Of a DNA stretch of 64,000 nucleotides, positions 12,567-24,419 are shown one piece after another; the stretch's first letter is position 1, and each line of letters begins with the position of its first letter. The notes under the pieces are model-generated. The model was not told the origin of the DNA. It saw only the letters and a program-made list of their open reading frames with translations, and ran no database searches. The position numbers and the translations under genes were made by a program. This DNA comes from Octopus vulgaris (Eukaryota). Where the stretch lies: positions 66,216,001 to 66,280,000 of the forward strand of contig OX597818.1 of NCBI GenBank assembly GCA_951406725.2, given 5' to 3'.

Positions 12567-13760
12567 TGTTAAATTGTCTCAGAGGAAATGTCGCATTTGA
12601 AAAGGGAAACATTAAAATTGTTTTTTAAGTTTTAGATTATGTATTTATTTAATCAAAGTGTGATCTTTGCTTATTTATGGCCTTCATTGAATGTTCCTCT
12701 ATGGCATATATTCCATCTTCAGAGAATTTGTCATCTTTTACACTGACATGCTTTAATTTCCTCTTCATTATTTAAGAATGCTTTATTGTTTATAGCAACT
12801 CTAAGTGTATAAATATGTGATAATTAGAAGGAGAAATATAGGGAGAATAAGGAGGATGTATCAAAATTTCATAATTCCGGCTTTGCAACATGTGGACCGT
12901 AGCTTAAGTCTGTGAATTATCATGGAGCAAAGTTGGATTATCTCTATTCACTAATCTGCGTTGCTTCTTTTTTTAATTTTTCATGCATACAATCAATTTC
13001 CTGACAAAAGGATATTAATGTTACAGTTTTTCCTTCTTTCAAAACTGAATAATGAATAAGCCCCTTTGTTGACCACCATACGGTGACCATCAACATTTTA
13101 GAGTGCAGCGGCTGTTCTGGGTAGTGCTTTGGTGACTCTCCTGCATCTAACCACTGCCCTGTCCTCCTGCTGTTATCAAAGAGTATCCATTTCTCATCAT
13201 ACATAATGAGTCGATACAAAAATGATTCTCTTTCCAACAGAGAAATCAACATGGAACACACTGTTAGGCGTTTGTTACTTTGAATCTCATTGAGCCGATG
13301 GGGAATAAAGCTATCCATCTTTTTGACTTTTCACATTCTCCTCAAGTGTCCAGAAGAAGTTGCAGGAGATTTCTGGAGCTCTCATCCAATTTTTCGGAAC
13401 GTTCTTCTCGGATTTCGTTTAACCAAAGCATTCAATTCGTCATGCAGAAGAAGCGATTTTGTTCTCCCTTTTGTCATGTCAACAGAATCGTTACCAAAAG
13501 CCCGCTTTATATTTCCTAGAGCTTCGGTTGTAGAGTAACCCAACCTGTAGTCGTACAAGAACACGACTCGCCATTGTTCAGTTGTCAACAATGTAATAGA
13601 AATTGTGGGTAGCAATTCTGAATAATAGTATTTTCCAGAAAGAAAAAAAGAGTTAAGAGTAAACACAAGCATATACATAGAAACTCATTAAAACTCCATT
13701 TATAGATGACTCATAGGAAATCCATTAAAACTACGACATTTCATGTGAGACAACCCCATA
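12567..13760 (-). mobile_element. Mariner (Mos1/SETMAR-like) transposon, degenerate
   Basis: TIRs 'ttgtctcagaggaaatgtcg' / 'cgacatttcatgtgagacaaccccata'; ORF 12944-13318 has MYDEKWILFDN, LHSKMLMVTVWWSTKGLIHYSVL; ORF 13382-13678 has N-terminal HTH-like sequence (FLYDYRLG..ALGNIKRAFG). Confidence 0.9.
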
Positions 13761-14021
13761 TTTGTTGTTCTTTTCTTCCGTTCCGACAAACTTTCTCTCA
13801 ATGTTTTTAATGCATTTCCTAACTACAGTCATTATGTACATAGTTTACATCAATAAGTTCCATTCCTCATGAATTACTCTTAAATTTACTAAGCAAATCG
13901 GATATGTTGTTACATTTTTCTGCAAAGTCTGCCCACGCAGACACGTAGGCAGTACCTAATCCATAATGAGGACAAACATATTATCTTTGGAAAACGAAGT
14001 AAAGTGGAAACATTTAACCCA

Positions 14022-15168
14022 TACATGGGTTGGACAAAATAATAGAAACACCTTAAAATTTCAAACAAAGTTATTTTAATATGGAGTAGGACTGCTTTTG
14101 GCAGTGATTAGAGCTTGAAGGCTGTGTGGTATAAACTCGTACAAAGTTTGAGTTGTTTCAAAAGGAACTTTTCTCCATTCTTCAGCTAAAACAGTCTCCA
14201 ATTCTTGTAGTGAGAATGATGGAGGATATTGACTCCTTAATTATTTTTCTAAAATGCACCATAAATGTTCATTAATATTGAGATCTGAGAACTGTGGTGG
14301 GTAGCTAAGCTGTTCAACTTCACTAGAATTTTCCTCGTACCATTCAGTAGCAAGTTTAGCTGTGTGAAATGGTGCATTATCATCCCGAAAGATTGCATTT
14401 CCCTCCGTAAACATATGATGAATTTGATCAGATAAAATGCTTAAATAGTCTTCACTATTAATTCCGCAATAAAGAGAAACCATTGGACCAGTGGATTTCC
14501 AGGACAGAGCTCCACCTCCTAGATAATCACAGATTCTCCTCTATGTTTAACAGTTGGAAGAAGGCAGTCTGGGTCAAATGATTCTTTTGGATGTCTGCAC
14601 ACGTTTACTCGGCTGGTGGTCGGAAATAAGGTAAAGGATGACTCGCCCGAGAATATAACATTCTTACACTGCTCTAGGGACCAATTCCGTAGGGTTTTAC
14701 TCCACTCTAAACGCTTTGCAACGTTTGTTTTTGACAGTATTGGTTTTCTGATTACAGCACTCGCGTAAGAGTCCGACGGTCTCTATCTGAATGTTTTGGT
14801 TTTATTCCGGAGTTTTGTTTCAACGCGGAGGTATTTCCCTTTTTCTCAAATGCTGACATTACATTCGAGACAGTACTTCTTGATACACCAAGTATTTCGG
14901 CTGTTTCCATGACGCTAGCACTTGCCATACGAGCACTAACAATTTGACCTCTTTGAAAGTCCGATGGATCTATCAATTTAATAAATTTCAATTACCTTTT
15001 TCTGATGATATTTGAAGAGAAACAGCAATTTTAGCAAAATATATTAAGCAACACTAATAATAAATAAAAAAAACATAAAAAATAAACAATCTTTTGATGA
15101 TTTTATAGATATTAGAAAATGATGATGCTATGATGCTAGGCTTTTTCATCATTTTGTCGAAAACATTA
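14022..15168 (-). mobile_element. Tc1-like (DD34E) transposon, degenerate, copy 1
   Basis: TIR 'TAcatgggttggacaaaataat' and decayed 'ttcatcattttgtcgaaaacatta'; HTH ORF 14752-14991 (SDFQRGQIV..ETAEILGVSRSTVS); DDE ORF 14241-14483 (DDNAPFH..PPQFSDLNINEHLW). Confidence 0.9.
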
Positions 15169-15434
15169 AATGTAAAGAATATTTTTATTTTGCCAAATGC
15201 AAAATAATTGTCACCGAAATATCGAAATGAAATTACAAAGGCCAGAAACTTATGATATATTTTTCCTTTTCATGTTTAATCTTTGTACAGTAGGTACAAA
15301 ATTATTCGGGAGATATGTTCTATTTGTACTTATTTCCCTATATTCAATATCTTTGCGACTAAAAGCAATGAAAGATGACTGATTGAAAAGTAAAGTCGCC
15401 AACCTGTAATCAAAAGTATTTCCTGGGTATATTT

Positions 15435-15833
15435 TTCCACTCTAGGCAAAAGACCCGAAGGTTTGAGGGAGGGGACAGTCGATTAGATCCAACCCAGTAC
15501 GCAACTGGTACTTAACTTATCGACCCCGGAAAGATGAAAGGTTAAGTGAACCTCGTCAGAATTTGAACTCAGAACGCAACGACAGACGAAATACCTATTT
15601 CAATTTCTTTACTACCCACAAGGAGCTAAACACAGAGAGTACAAACAAGGACAGACAAACGGATTAAGTCCATTACATCGACCCCAGTGCGTAACTGGTA
15701 CTTATTTAATCGACCCCGAAAGGATGAAAGGGGAAGTCGACCTGGGCGCAATTTGAACTCGGAACGTAACGTCAGACGAAATACGGCTAAACATTTCCCT
15801 CGGCACGCTAACGTTTCTGCCAGCTCGCTGCCT
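15435..15833 (-). mobile_element. SINE family C, two internal units
   Basis: Reverse complement of the 4528-5072 consensus, head 'ctgccagctcgctgcc' at the right end. Confidence 0.85.
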
Positions 15834-16391
15834 TGCAATGAGACAGACATAACAGATGCAGAAGCAGTAAGAATATTCGGTCAGATGTTTGTTCAAAAGC
15901 TTCCGTGCAACGATGAAATATATTTGTTAGTGAAATGAAACGAGAATTAGACAAGTGAATATAAACATTAGAAGATAAATAAGAAGCTTAGAATAATAAC
16001 GGATTGTTATAAGACTGATTGGAAGGTGTTAAGATATTTTATTTTGAAGTATTTTACAAGCAAATACAGCTTTATAGAATGCGGTGTAAGTGATTGTGTT
16101 AATAATACATTATTATGACGAAGAAGGGAAAAAGGACGAGAATATTTAAAAGGGAGACCAGAGCTGCAACAATAGAACTATTTTTTGCTTACCATTGTTA
16201 TAGAATTTGATATTGTCCTCATAGCAGACAAATTGTAAGACTTTCTGTTTTTATAAGTAGAAGGGAGATGCAGAAATAGTAACAAGGGGAACGAGTTTGC
16301 AGATTGTGTGTCGATACAATGATAGAATCAGCCAAATGCGGTTAAGACAGGAATTACTTCGTTGTTAACTGAAGGGAAGAAAAACATACCT

Positions 16392-16427
16392 GCGTAGGTG
16401 GTGTAACGGTTAGCAAGATTACCTTCC
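16392..16427 (+). pseudogene. 5' half of tRNA-Gly(TCC), ending at the anticodon
   Basis: 'gcgtaggtggtgtaacggttagcaagattaccttcc' resembles metazoan tRNA-Gly-TCC 5' half GCGTTGGTGGTATAGTGGTTAGCATAGCTGCCTTCC; no 3' half. Confidence 0.55.
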
Positions 16428-16451
16428 TTTCATAGGTACATTCGCATACAT

Positions 16452-16505
<54 letters not shown>

Positions 16506-16507
<2 letters not shown>

Positions 16508-16913
16508 TCTTTTACTCATTTACTTGTTTCAGTCATTTGACTGCGGCCATGCTGGAGCACCGCCTTTAGTCGAGCAAATCAACCCCGGGACTTATTTTTT
16601 GTAAGCCCAGTACTTATTCTATCGGTCTCTTTTGCCAAACCGCTAGGTGACGGGGACGTAAACACACCAGCATCGGTTGTCAAGCAATGCTAGGGGGACA
16701 AACACAGACACACAAACATATGCACACACACTTATACATATATACATATATACGACGGGCTTCATTCAGTTTCCGTCTACCAAATCCACTCACAAGGCAT
16801 TGGTCGGCCCGGGGCTATAGCAGAAGACACTTGCCCAAGAAGACACGCAGTGGGACTGAACCCGGAACCATGTGGTTGGTTAGCAAGCTACTTACCACAC
16901 AGCCACTCCTGCG

Positions 16914-16916
<3 letters not shown>
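16506..16916 (-). mobile_element. tRNA/CORE-type SINE family B with LINE-like 3' tail
   Basis: Minus strand head 'ggcgcaggagtggctgtgtggtaag...gggttcagtccc', CORE-like 'cttgggcaagtg', internal (TG/TA)n, tail 'ggcggtgctccagcatggccgcagtcaaatgactgaaacaagtaaa'. Confidence 0.9.
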
Positions 16917-16995
<79 letters not shown>

Positions 16996-17010
16996 CATAT
17001 ATATATATAT

Positions 17011-17498
17011 CGGAATATGGCGATGAATCAAGAGATAGATAACGGTACTTAGAAGTAGAATAGTACGACAATTATGGGAATGGTATGGAGACAGGCCTTG
17101 GATATTCCAAGACGGCTCGGCACCATGCCATACAGCAAACTCAATGGAGAAATGGATCACCGAAAATTCTGTTGAGGTACGTCCAGCGCTAGGAAATTCA
17201 CGTGACATGAATGCAATTGAGATCCTATGGTGTCCGTTGAAAGATGAAATACATCAATCAGTTTTGGTTCGATTCGGACACAGTAAAGGATTTGTGCAGA
17301 ATACTCATTCGTGCCACGATTCGACGTGCACGAGCCCTTAGTTCTGCTCAAGGAGGGGAAACTGAGTAATGAAATACTAGTTCCGCGTAAATAATAGAAA
17401 ATAAATCATCTGCCAATAAATGAGTTTAGTTTATTTTACCTCTACATTTAGAAATACCAAAAATTTCAAAAATCTATAATAATATTTCCAATACTGTA
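17011..17498 (+). mobile_element. Tc1-like transposon, 3' fragment
   Basis: FQDGSAPCHTA and GNSRDMNAIEILW (SPDLNPIE-like); ends 'tttccaatactgTA' TIR-like. Confidence 0.75.
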
Positions 17499-17502
17499 TA
17501 TA

Positions 17503-17670
17503 TACGACGGGCTTCTTTCAGTTTCTGTTCACCAAATCCACTCACAAAGCTTTGGTTGACCCAAGGCTATAGTAGAAGATACTTGCTCAATGTACCACGC
17601 AGTGGGACTGAACCCGGTATGATGATGTGGTTTGAAAGCAACCTTCTTACAACACAGTCACAATGCGCCT
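17503..17670 (-). mobile_element. SINE family B, 5' half
   Basis: 'acgacgggcttctttcagtttc...ccacgcagtgggactgaaccc...gcgcct'. Confidence 0.85.
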
Positions 17671-19113
17671 GTGTGCGTGCGCGTGATTTCTCCTTATTTC
17701 GTGACCTTTAGATTTCTTTACCTTTTTCACACTCATTTAGAAATGAATATTGTTGCATATCTATTTAATTTCTCGTTGTCTTCCATAATAATTCATCTCG
17801 CTTTCTTCATCTGAATAAAATGCTCTGCCAATAGCAAACGACTTTCACACTATCCGATACACTTTGTTCACGGTTGCATTATAGATTTTTTTTTATTAAT
17901 CTCTAAATAGAAACATCATTAATTGTAATATGACAATTTCGTTATTCTTTCTCTGTGTTGACAGATATTTGCATCTCTTTTGTTATGTACCATCAGACGG
18001 GTTATATAATTATTAATTCCGAATCTTTATCTAGCTTTAGATACGTGTTCTTTTACATAAGATAAATATGTATCAGTTCTTTTCAAAATATTTTTCGAAG
18101 AATAGTAACTAGTTAAGGATTTTGACTACCTAGACGCAGTTTTTACCCTCACGATTTCCAGAAAACATTGAACCTCGCTTACATTATTTCCCAGATTTGT
18201 GAACGACATCTCTACACATCATTAAAAGTCAGTATTAACACCTTATCAATCATATTTGCTTGAAGTCATTCGACAATAATTCAAAAATCAATGAAGTCGA
18301 GATTCCGACATTGTTTACATAAACAATGTCCTGTTTGTAATGAATGTTATGAAACGTAAGATATATCAAATAAGACGATATTTATTATACGACAAAGTGA
18401 TTAGGAGATGAAGAAATAGCCATAAAAATTATAAAATAATTAGATTTATTCTTCTACTTGAGAATGGGAAATCGTTCCGACGTAATATGATGAATCAATA
18501 ATAGATTTTCAAGACACAAACATAGCGTTCCTTCTAAGCTTAATATCTCGTTAAAGGGGACTGAAGTGCCATTTAAATTCGAAATTTCCTAAATAAAATC
18601 ACAATCAGATTTATTCAAACATATATACACATTCATAAATACAGGAGTATATACACATACACAAACATGTATATACGATGTTTTGTTGATAGGTTCAAGT
18701 AGAAGAGACATTGTCGTAAATGGCGGAGTTCCCGTTTTTTGTGCTAAGTGGTAACATTTTTCTTTGATATATCAGTTAAGGTGGACCGATACAATTCGGC
18801 AAAGTTTTATTTGCGGAGAGAATATGAGTCTTCGTTATCTTCTTTTTACTTTCTTCAAATGATACATTGGACTTTCAATTCTACAAGATTTCGTTCTGGC
18901 GATTGTTGTCGTAACATCGAATATGTACCCTGTTTGTGTGATTCTATGCTGAGATTATTTGGATTAATATTTTCGCTTTTTGCAACATGTTTTCTCCTGG
19001 ACACGCATACACGCATGCAGGAACACACGCATGTGCGCACACACATATATACGCACACACGCACAAACGCACACAGTTAGATACGTATACACGAAAACAC
19101 TCATGTCTCTTTC

Positions 19114-19348
19114 ACTCTTTTACTTCTTTCAGTCATTTGACTGCGGCCATGCTGGAGCACCGCCTTTAGTCGAGCAAATCAACCCCAGGACTTTTCTTTG
19201 TAAGCCTAGTACTCATTCTATCGTTCTCTTTTGCCGAACCGCTAAGTTACGGGGACATGAACACACCAGCATTGGTTGTCCAGCGATGTCGGGGGTACAA
19301 GCACAGGCAACACAAACACACACACACACATGCACACACACACACACA

Positions 19349-19404
<56 letters not shown>

Positions 19405-19510
19405 CATATATACGAGGGGCTTCTTTCAGTTTCCTTCTACCAAATCCACTCACAAGGCTTTGGTCGGCTCGAGGCTATAGCAGAAGACACTTGCCTAATG
19501 TTCCACGCAA
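19114..19510 (-). mobile_element. SINE family B, 5'-truncated
   Basis: Tail and body match 16506-16916; internal (CA)n. Confidence 0.9.
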
Positions 19511-19714
19511 TTTTTTAAAAAATTGTTTACCTTTTATTTGTTCCAGTCTTCCGACTACTACCATGTTCTGGCTGGCACCAAATTTACCATTTAGTTGGAC
19601 TAATCCCTTCCAGTATTTATTTGTAAACCTGGCGCTTATTCTACGGGTTTCCCTTCCTCGAACATCTATGCAACGTCGATGACACTAATAATGGGTCTCA
19701 GGTTATGTAAAAGA

Positions 19715-19860
19715 GGCTTCTTTCACCTCCTTTCTATAAAATCCACTCACAAGTCTTTGGTTATTCTCGGGTAATAGTGAAGACTATTTGTCCATGATAA
19801 CGCGCTGTAGGACTGAACCCGTGAGCACTTAGTTTGCAAGCAAGTTTCCTACCTCACAGC
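19715..19860 (-). mobile_element. SINE family B, decayed 5' half
   Basis: 'atccactcacaagtctttgg...gcgctgtaggactgaaccc...gcaagtttcctacctcacagcc'. Confidence 0.7.
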
Positions 19861-19884
19861 CAAGCTTTCACCGGTATATATAGA

Positions 19885-20345
19885 CTTTTCTCTTTTATTC
19901 GTTTGAGCCATGTGGCTGCGGTCATGCTGGAACACAACTGTGATTTTACAGATTATTCTTTGTCCGATTTGAGAGAGGTGGGAGTTCATATCACTAATAC
20001 TTATTATACATGCTCTTTTCGTTGTTGGCCCGTTTTGTGCATGGGAATATATGGCACTGCTGCCCTGATCTGTACCTCATCCCGAGCTGTTGTACGTCCG
20101 GTATTATCGAGATGACAATGTCCAGTTCCTTTTTGAAGACATCACAGTCCGCATTATGTGGTGTTTTTTTTCTTTCAGGCTGGCATTAATATACTGGTGG
20201 TCTTCGAACCTCAAACTATTGCAATATCTCGTCCTGGCTCTAGATGGAGTGGGCGATACATTTGGTACAATGCAGCGGCATGCAATTTGGATATTAGTAT
20301 AAAACTCGATGCCGGAATTAGCCACTATACATTCTAGAAGTCGGT
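19885..20345 (-). mobile_element. Decayed 3' fragment of the CR1-like LINE family
   Basis: ORF 20104-20400 'LECIVANSGIEFYTN..CRCIVPNVSPTPSRARTRYCNSLRFEDHQ' aligns with the LINE C-terminus 'LEGSVLNFGIESYAN..GRHCVVPRTPNLPSRCRTRFCDSLGFRGPQ'; tail 'ttccagcatgaccgcagcc' at ~19915-19933. Confidence 0.75.
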
Positions 20346-21024
20346 GGTTTCTAACAATCATAAAATGCTCTTTCGTTGGAATGTAGGTATCATATTTCAA
20401 ACACGAAAACGTCTTGTATATTTTGTACTATTGCACTCACGAACTGTATTTGAAAGTATTTGAAAGGTGAGACTTATTTAGGTTAGTATTTCTTCTAAAA
20501 ATCGAAGGTAACGCAGTTAGTTACTTATTCAAACAGGAAGTGAACCAGCTAATGTTTTATATGAATTTAAGTTTGTAATCTGATGAGAAATGTTTTGAAA
20601 TTGATGTCCAAAGTTACCCTTTTACTCATTGATTTTGAAAGTGATATTGAAATCAGTAAGACAACCGATATCTATGACGATGTACACTCTATCTTATCTT
20701 TTGTAAAGAACAATATCCGGCCTATTCTGTTTGATCTGGACATATGTATTATGCATGTATTTATGCATCTACGTATATGTATATGTATATCAATATGAGA
20801 TACACCACACACAGACACACATATTCGTATTCATAAATATGTAGGCAATCATATATAAATATGCACGTAGGTGACTGAATTCGTGTACGTAAGCACATAG
20901 AATTTACATTTACGTTTTTAATAATATTAAATGTGCCATTATTCTGCGATGGATTCTTTACACAGAGAAGTTATTATTTCTGCAAGGTCATGGATATATA
21001 TCATACTTTCGTTGATGTATAATT

Positions 21025-21632
21025 TTCTCCTCTAGGCACAAAGCCCAAAACTTCTTGGGAGTTGGGGGCCAGTCAATTAGATCGACCTCAGTAGGCAACG
21101 CGAAAGGATGAAAAGCAAAGTAGACGTCAGTGGAATTTGAAGTCAGAACGTAGCGACGGACGAAATACCTCTAAGCATTTCGCCCGACGTACTAAGCTTT
21201 CGGCCAGCTTGCCGCATTAGTTTCGTTGATATATTATTTTTACTCTAGACGCAAGACCTGAAATTGTGGGGAGGGGGCCAGTCGATTAGATTGACCCCAG
21301 TACGTGACTGGTACTGAATTTATCGCACCCAAAAGGATGGCAGGTAAAGTCAACTTCGGCGGAATTGGAACTCAGAACGTAAAGACAGACAGACGAAATA
21401 CCTATTTCTTTACTATCCACAAGGGGATAAACATAGAGGGGACAAACAAGGACAGACAAAGGGATTAAGTCGATTACATCGACCTCAGTGCGTAACTGGT
21501 ACTTAATTTATCGACCCCGAAAGGATGAAAGGCAAAGTCGACCTCGGCGGAATTTGAACTTAGAAAGTAACGGCAGACGAAGTATGGCTACGCATTTCGC
21601 CCGGCGTGCTAATGTTTCTGCCAGCTCGCCGC
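21025..21632 (-). mobile_element. Two adjacent SINE family C copies (21025-21215 monomer; 21240-21632 dimer)
   Basis: Two heads 'ccagct(t/c)gccgcatta' and repeated 'aaggatgaaaggcaaagtcgacctcggcggaatttgaact'. Confidence 0.85.
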
Positions 21633-21964
21633 ATTAATTTCGTAGATATATTAAAGAACTACTGTCTTCGATGATAACGTTGACCTATAACAATAAGTAG
21701 TGAGGGTCGCTTATGACAAGAATATTCAAAAACAAATGGGTCTATCCTTGAAAGAAGGACACAACAATGATGTCGCAGACCTCTAAAGTTTGGTAGCATT
21801 GTATAGAAGCTGATGAAAGCTAGTTACAAAGTGCAAGCGCCTGAAGCAGGAATTTCGATTTGTACAGTACGGCACAACACAAAAAAGGAAAAATGTATTT
21901 TTTAACTTGTTTATAATCACTAAAATTCTTATAAAACCTAATTTAACATATTTTCGTCAACAAT

Positions 21965-22172
21965 GGTCTGGCAGAAATGTTAGCCCGCCGGGCTAAATGG
22001 TTAACGAATTCCGTCTGTCTTTATGTTCTCAGTTCTAATTCCACCGAAGTCGACTTTGCATTTCATTCTTTCGTGGTCGATGAATTAACTACCAGTTGCG
22101 TACTGGCGTCAATCTAATAGTATGACTCCTTCCGCCAAAATTTCGTGCCTTGCTCCTACTGTAGAAAAAAAT
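21965..22172 (+). mobile_element. SINE family C, decayed monomer
   Basis: 'ctggcagaaatgttagcccgccgggc...gtcgactttgcatttcattctttcgtggtcgat'. Confidence 0.8.
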
Positions 22173-23634
22173 TATTATTATTCCCCCCATAAATAAATAC
22201 CCGTGTCTATTTTGGTTCCTTTTTACGATATTCCTTTATATTTTTGATAATGCTAGAATCCTGATTGAAAATGATCTTCGGAAATTATACCAGCGATTGC
22301 GTTGAACCAGTGTATTATTTCTGTTATTTTTATGTTAATGTGACGAAATGGCGAAGTTAAATTCGCCAGGAAATGTGATCAGTGTGTATAGGCACATAAT
22401 CAAATAAAGCAATGGATTTAGTTTAGGTCTTTACATATAATATAATAAAAGTTGATGGTGATCTGCAAAATTGTGTAGAGTAGTGCTTGTCCAATCATTC
22501 TACCTCTAGTAATGGTACCAATTTTTTAAAAAATTGACTAATCAACGTCTGTTCATTTGAGTAAATACATTAAATATCTGAGAAGAAAAATTGCATTTTC
22601 TTCGATACAAACTTGGAACAAGGAAGACAGAACTGCAATTACACTTTCATTTAAGCAATATCATTAATAATCTTCATAATATATTACCTTTCACGAGTTC
22701 TATTCGAAGAAATGCCAGGTAGATAAAAATCTACTTTTCAATTTGAAAGATAAATGATCTTGCAGAAATAAGAGCTTATTCGAAGCATTTAATTTCTAGT
22801 ACATTAAATACAAGAGAATATATTATTAGCTGATTGAAATCTAAAAACTGATAGAAAATGTTACCGTAATATATAATGGAAGGTGCCAAATTGTGGAATT
22901 AGTTCTGTCAGAATGTGATGTACATTATTTATCATGCACCAATGCAATTAGTTCAGCCAAGAACTGTAATACATTGATAAAAATGAGGTCTTGTATTGCA
23001 CATATCCGTCAAAGGCTCATTATAATAATACATAGCAGCCTGTCTTGCACACATGTGGTTTCTGATTCAGGTATTGATTAAATTATCCCCCAACACACAC
23101 ACAAAAGCAAAATTAAATAAAATATATTTTTCCCATAATATGTTTTCAGAATGCTGTATTAGATATCTAATCAACGAAGGAAAATCCAATTTATGTGCCG
23201 CCCTGAAATACATGAAAATCTCAAGAAGAAAACAGAATATTCTAAAATAGGAATCAAATTTCACCTGAAATCAACATGTAAATAATTATAACAATATGCA
23301 TAAATGCCACAACAGGTATTGTGTTACCAGAGTTTTACCTGTTATATGACATGGGTAATTTTAAGATTATTTTTTTACTACCGTTGCTGTTATGAGAAAA
23401 TATGGCTTAAAGTAACGTGACGCTAACACACTCACATAGTCGTAAAATGGTGGTGGAGAGGCAAATACAGACACAAAAACACTGATAGATGCACGCACAC
23501 ACACGCCCGTGTGAATATATATATATATATATATAATATTAATTAGAGACAAAACTACTATTATGCAAATCAAACAAAGAAAGACTTAATCCAATACATA
23601 AAAATTTAATATAAATTAAATATAATTAAGATAT

Positions 23635-23680
23635 CCACTACGATCGTTTCTTGTCACTTCTATGGACATTCATCAGGTGA
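23635..23680 (-). ncRNA. Type I hammerhead ribozyme motif (palindromic stem III, dimer type)
   Basis: tcac CTGATGA a tgtc catagaagt gaca a GAAA cgatcg TA gtgg. Confidence 0.7.
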
Positions 23681-23760
23681 TTTCAAGACCTTCTTTGCAA
23701 GTTTTAAACTATGAAGTAAATTTACTTCATAGTTTAAAACTTGCAAAGAAGGTCTTGAAA

Positions 23761-23806
23761 CCACCTGATGAATGTCCATAGAAGTGACAAGAAAGGATCG
23801 TAGTGG
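23761..23806 (+). ncRNA. Type I hammerhead ribozyme motif, mirror copy with one stem III substitution
   Basis: ccac CTGATGA a tgtc catagaagt gaca a GAAA ggatcg TA gtgg. Confidence 0.6.
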
Positions 23807-23895
23807 ATATCTTAATTATATTTAATTTATATTAAATTTTTTATGTATTGGATTAAGTCTTTCTTTGTTTGATTTGCATAATAGTAGTTTTGTCT

Positions 23896-23951
<56 letters not shown>

Positions 23952-23954
<3 letters not shown>

Positions 23955-24097
23955 GACAGGCTTCTATCAGTTTCCGTCTATCAAATCCATTCGGCCCGAG
24001 GCTGTAGTCGAATACTCTTGCCTAAATTGCCATGCAGTGGGACTCAACCCAGAAACTTGTGGTTGCAAAAGCAGCTTTTTCTTACACATCCATGCTT
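23952..24097 (-). mobile_element. SINE family B, 5' half
   Basis: 'acgacaggcttctatcagtttccgtcta...gccatgcagtgggactcaaccc'. Confidence 0.8.
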
Positions 24098-24383
24098 CCG
24101 TCAACAGAAATAAATATTGAAAAGGAAAACCTTTATTTTTGTACATTTGAATAAAACTAAATGACACGAAGCAATTGCGAATATACTTCTGCTGTTTGAA
24201 CGGGAATATGTTAATTGCTATTGAAATATTTTATGGAGAAGGAATTCACAATCACTTCATTTGTTTTCCTACTACTCTTCCTCTGTCTCTTTTACACTAT
24301 CCTATGTGTGAAGCGTTCTTTTACTCATTGCCTGCCACAATGCCTATCATGTCATTCAGTATGCACCACATATCTTCATTCCC

Positions 24384-24419
<36 letters not shown>

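Larger units (their letters stand above)
23546..23896. repeat. Near-perfect 351-bp spacerless palindrome carrying mirrored hammerhead motifs
   Basis: Centre 'atgaagtaaa|tttacttcat' at 23720/23721; arms ~175 bp differing by ~2 substitutions and 1 indel; flanked by (TA)n. Confidence 0.95.
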
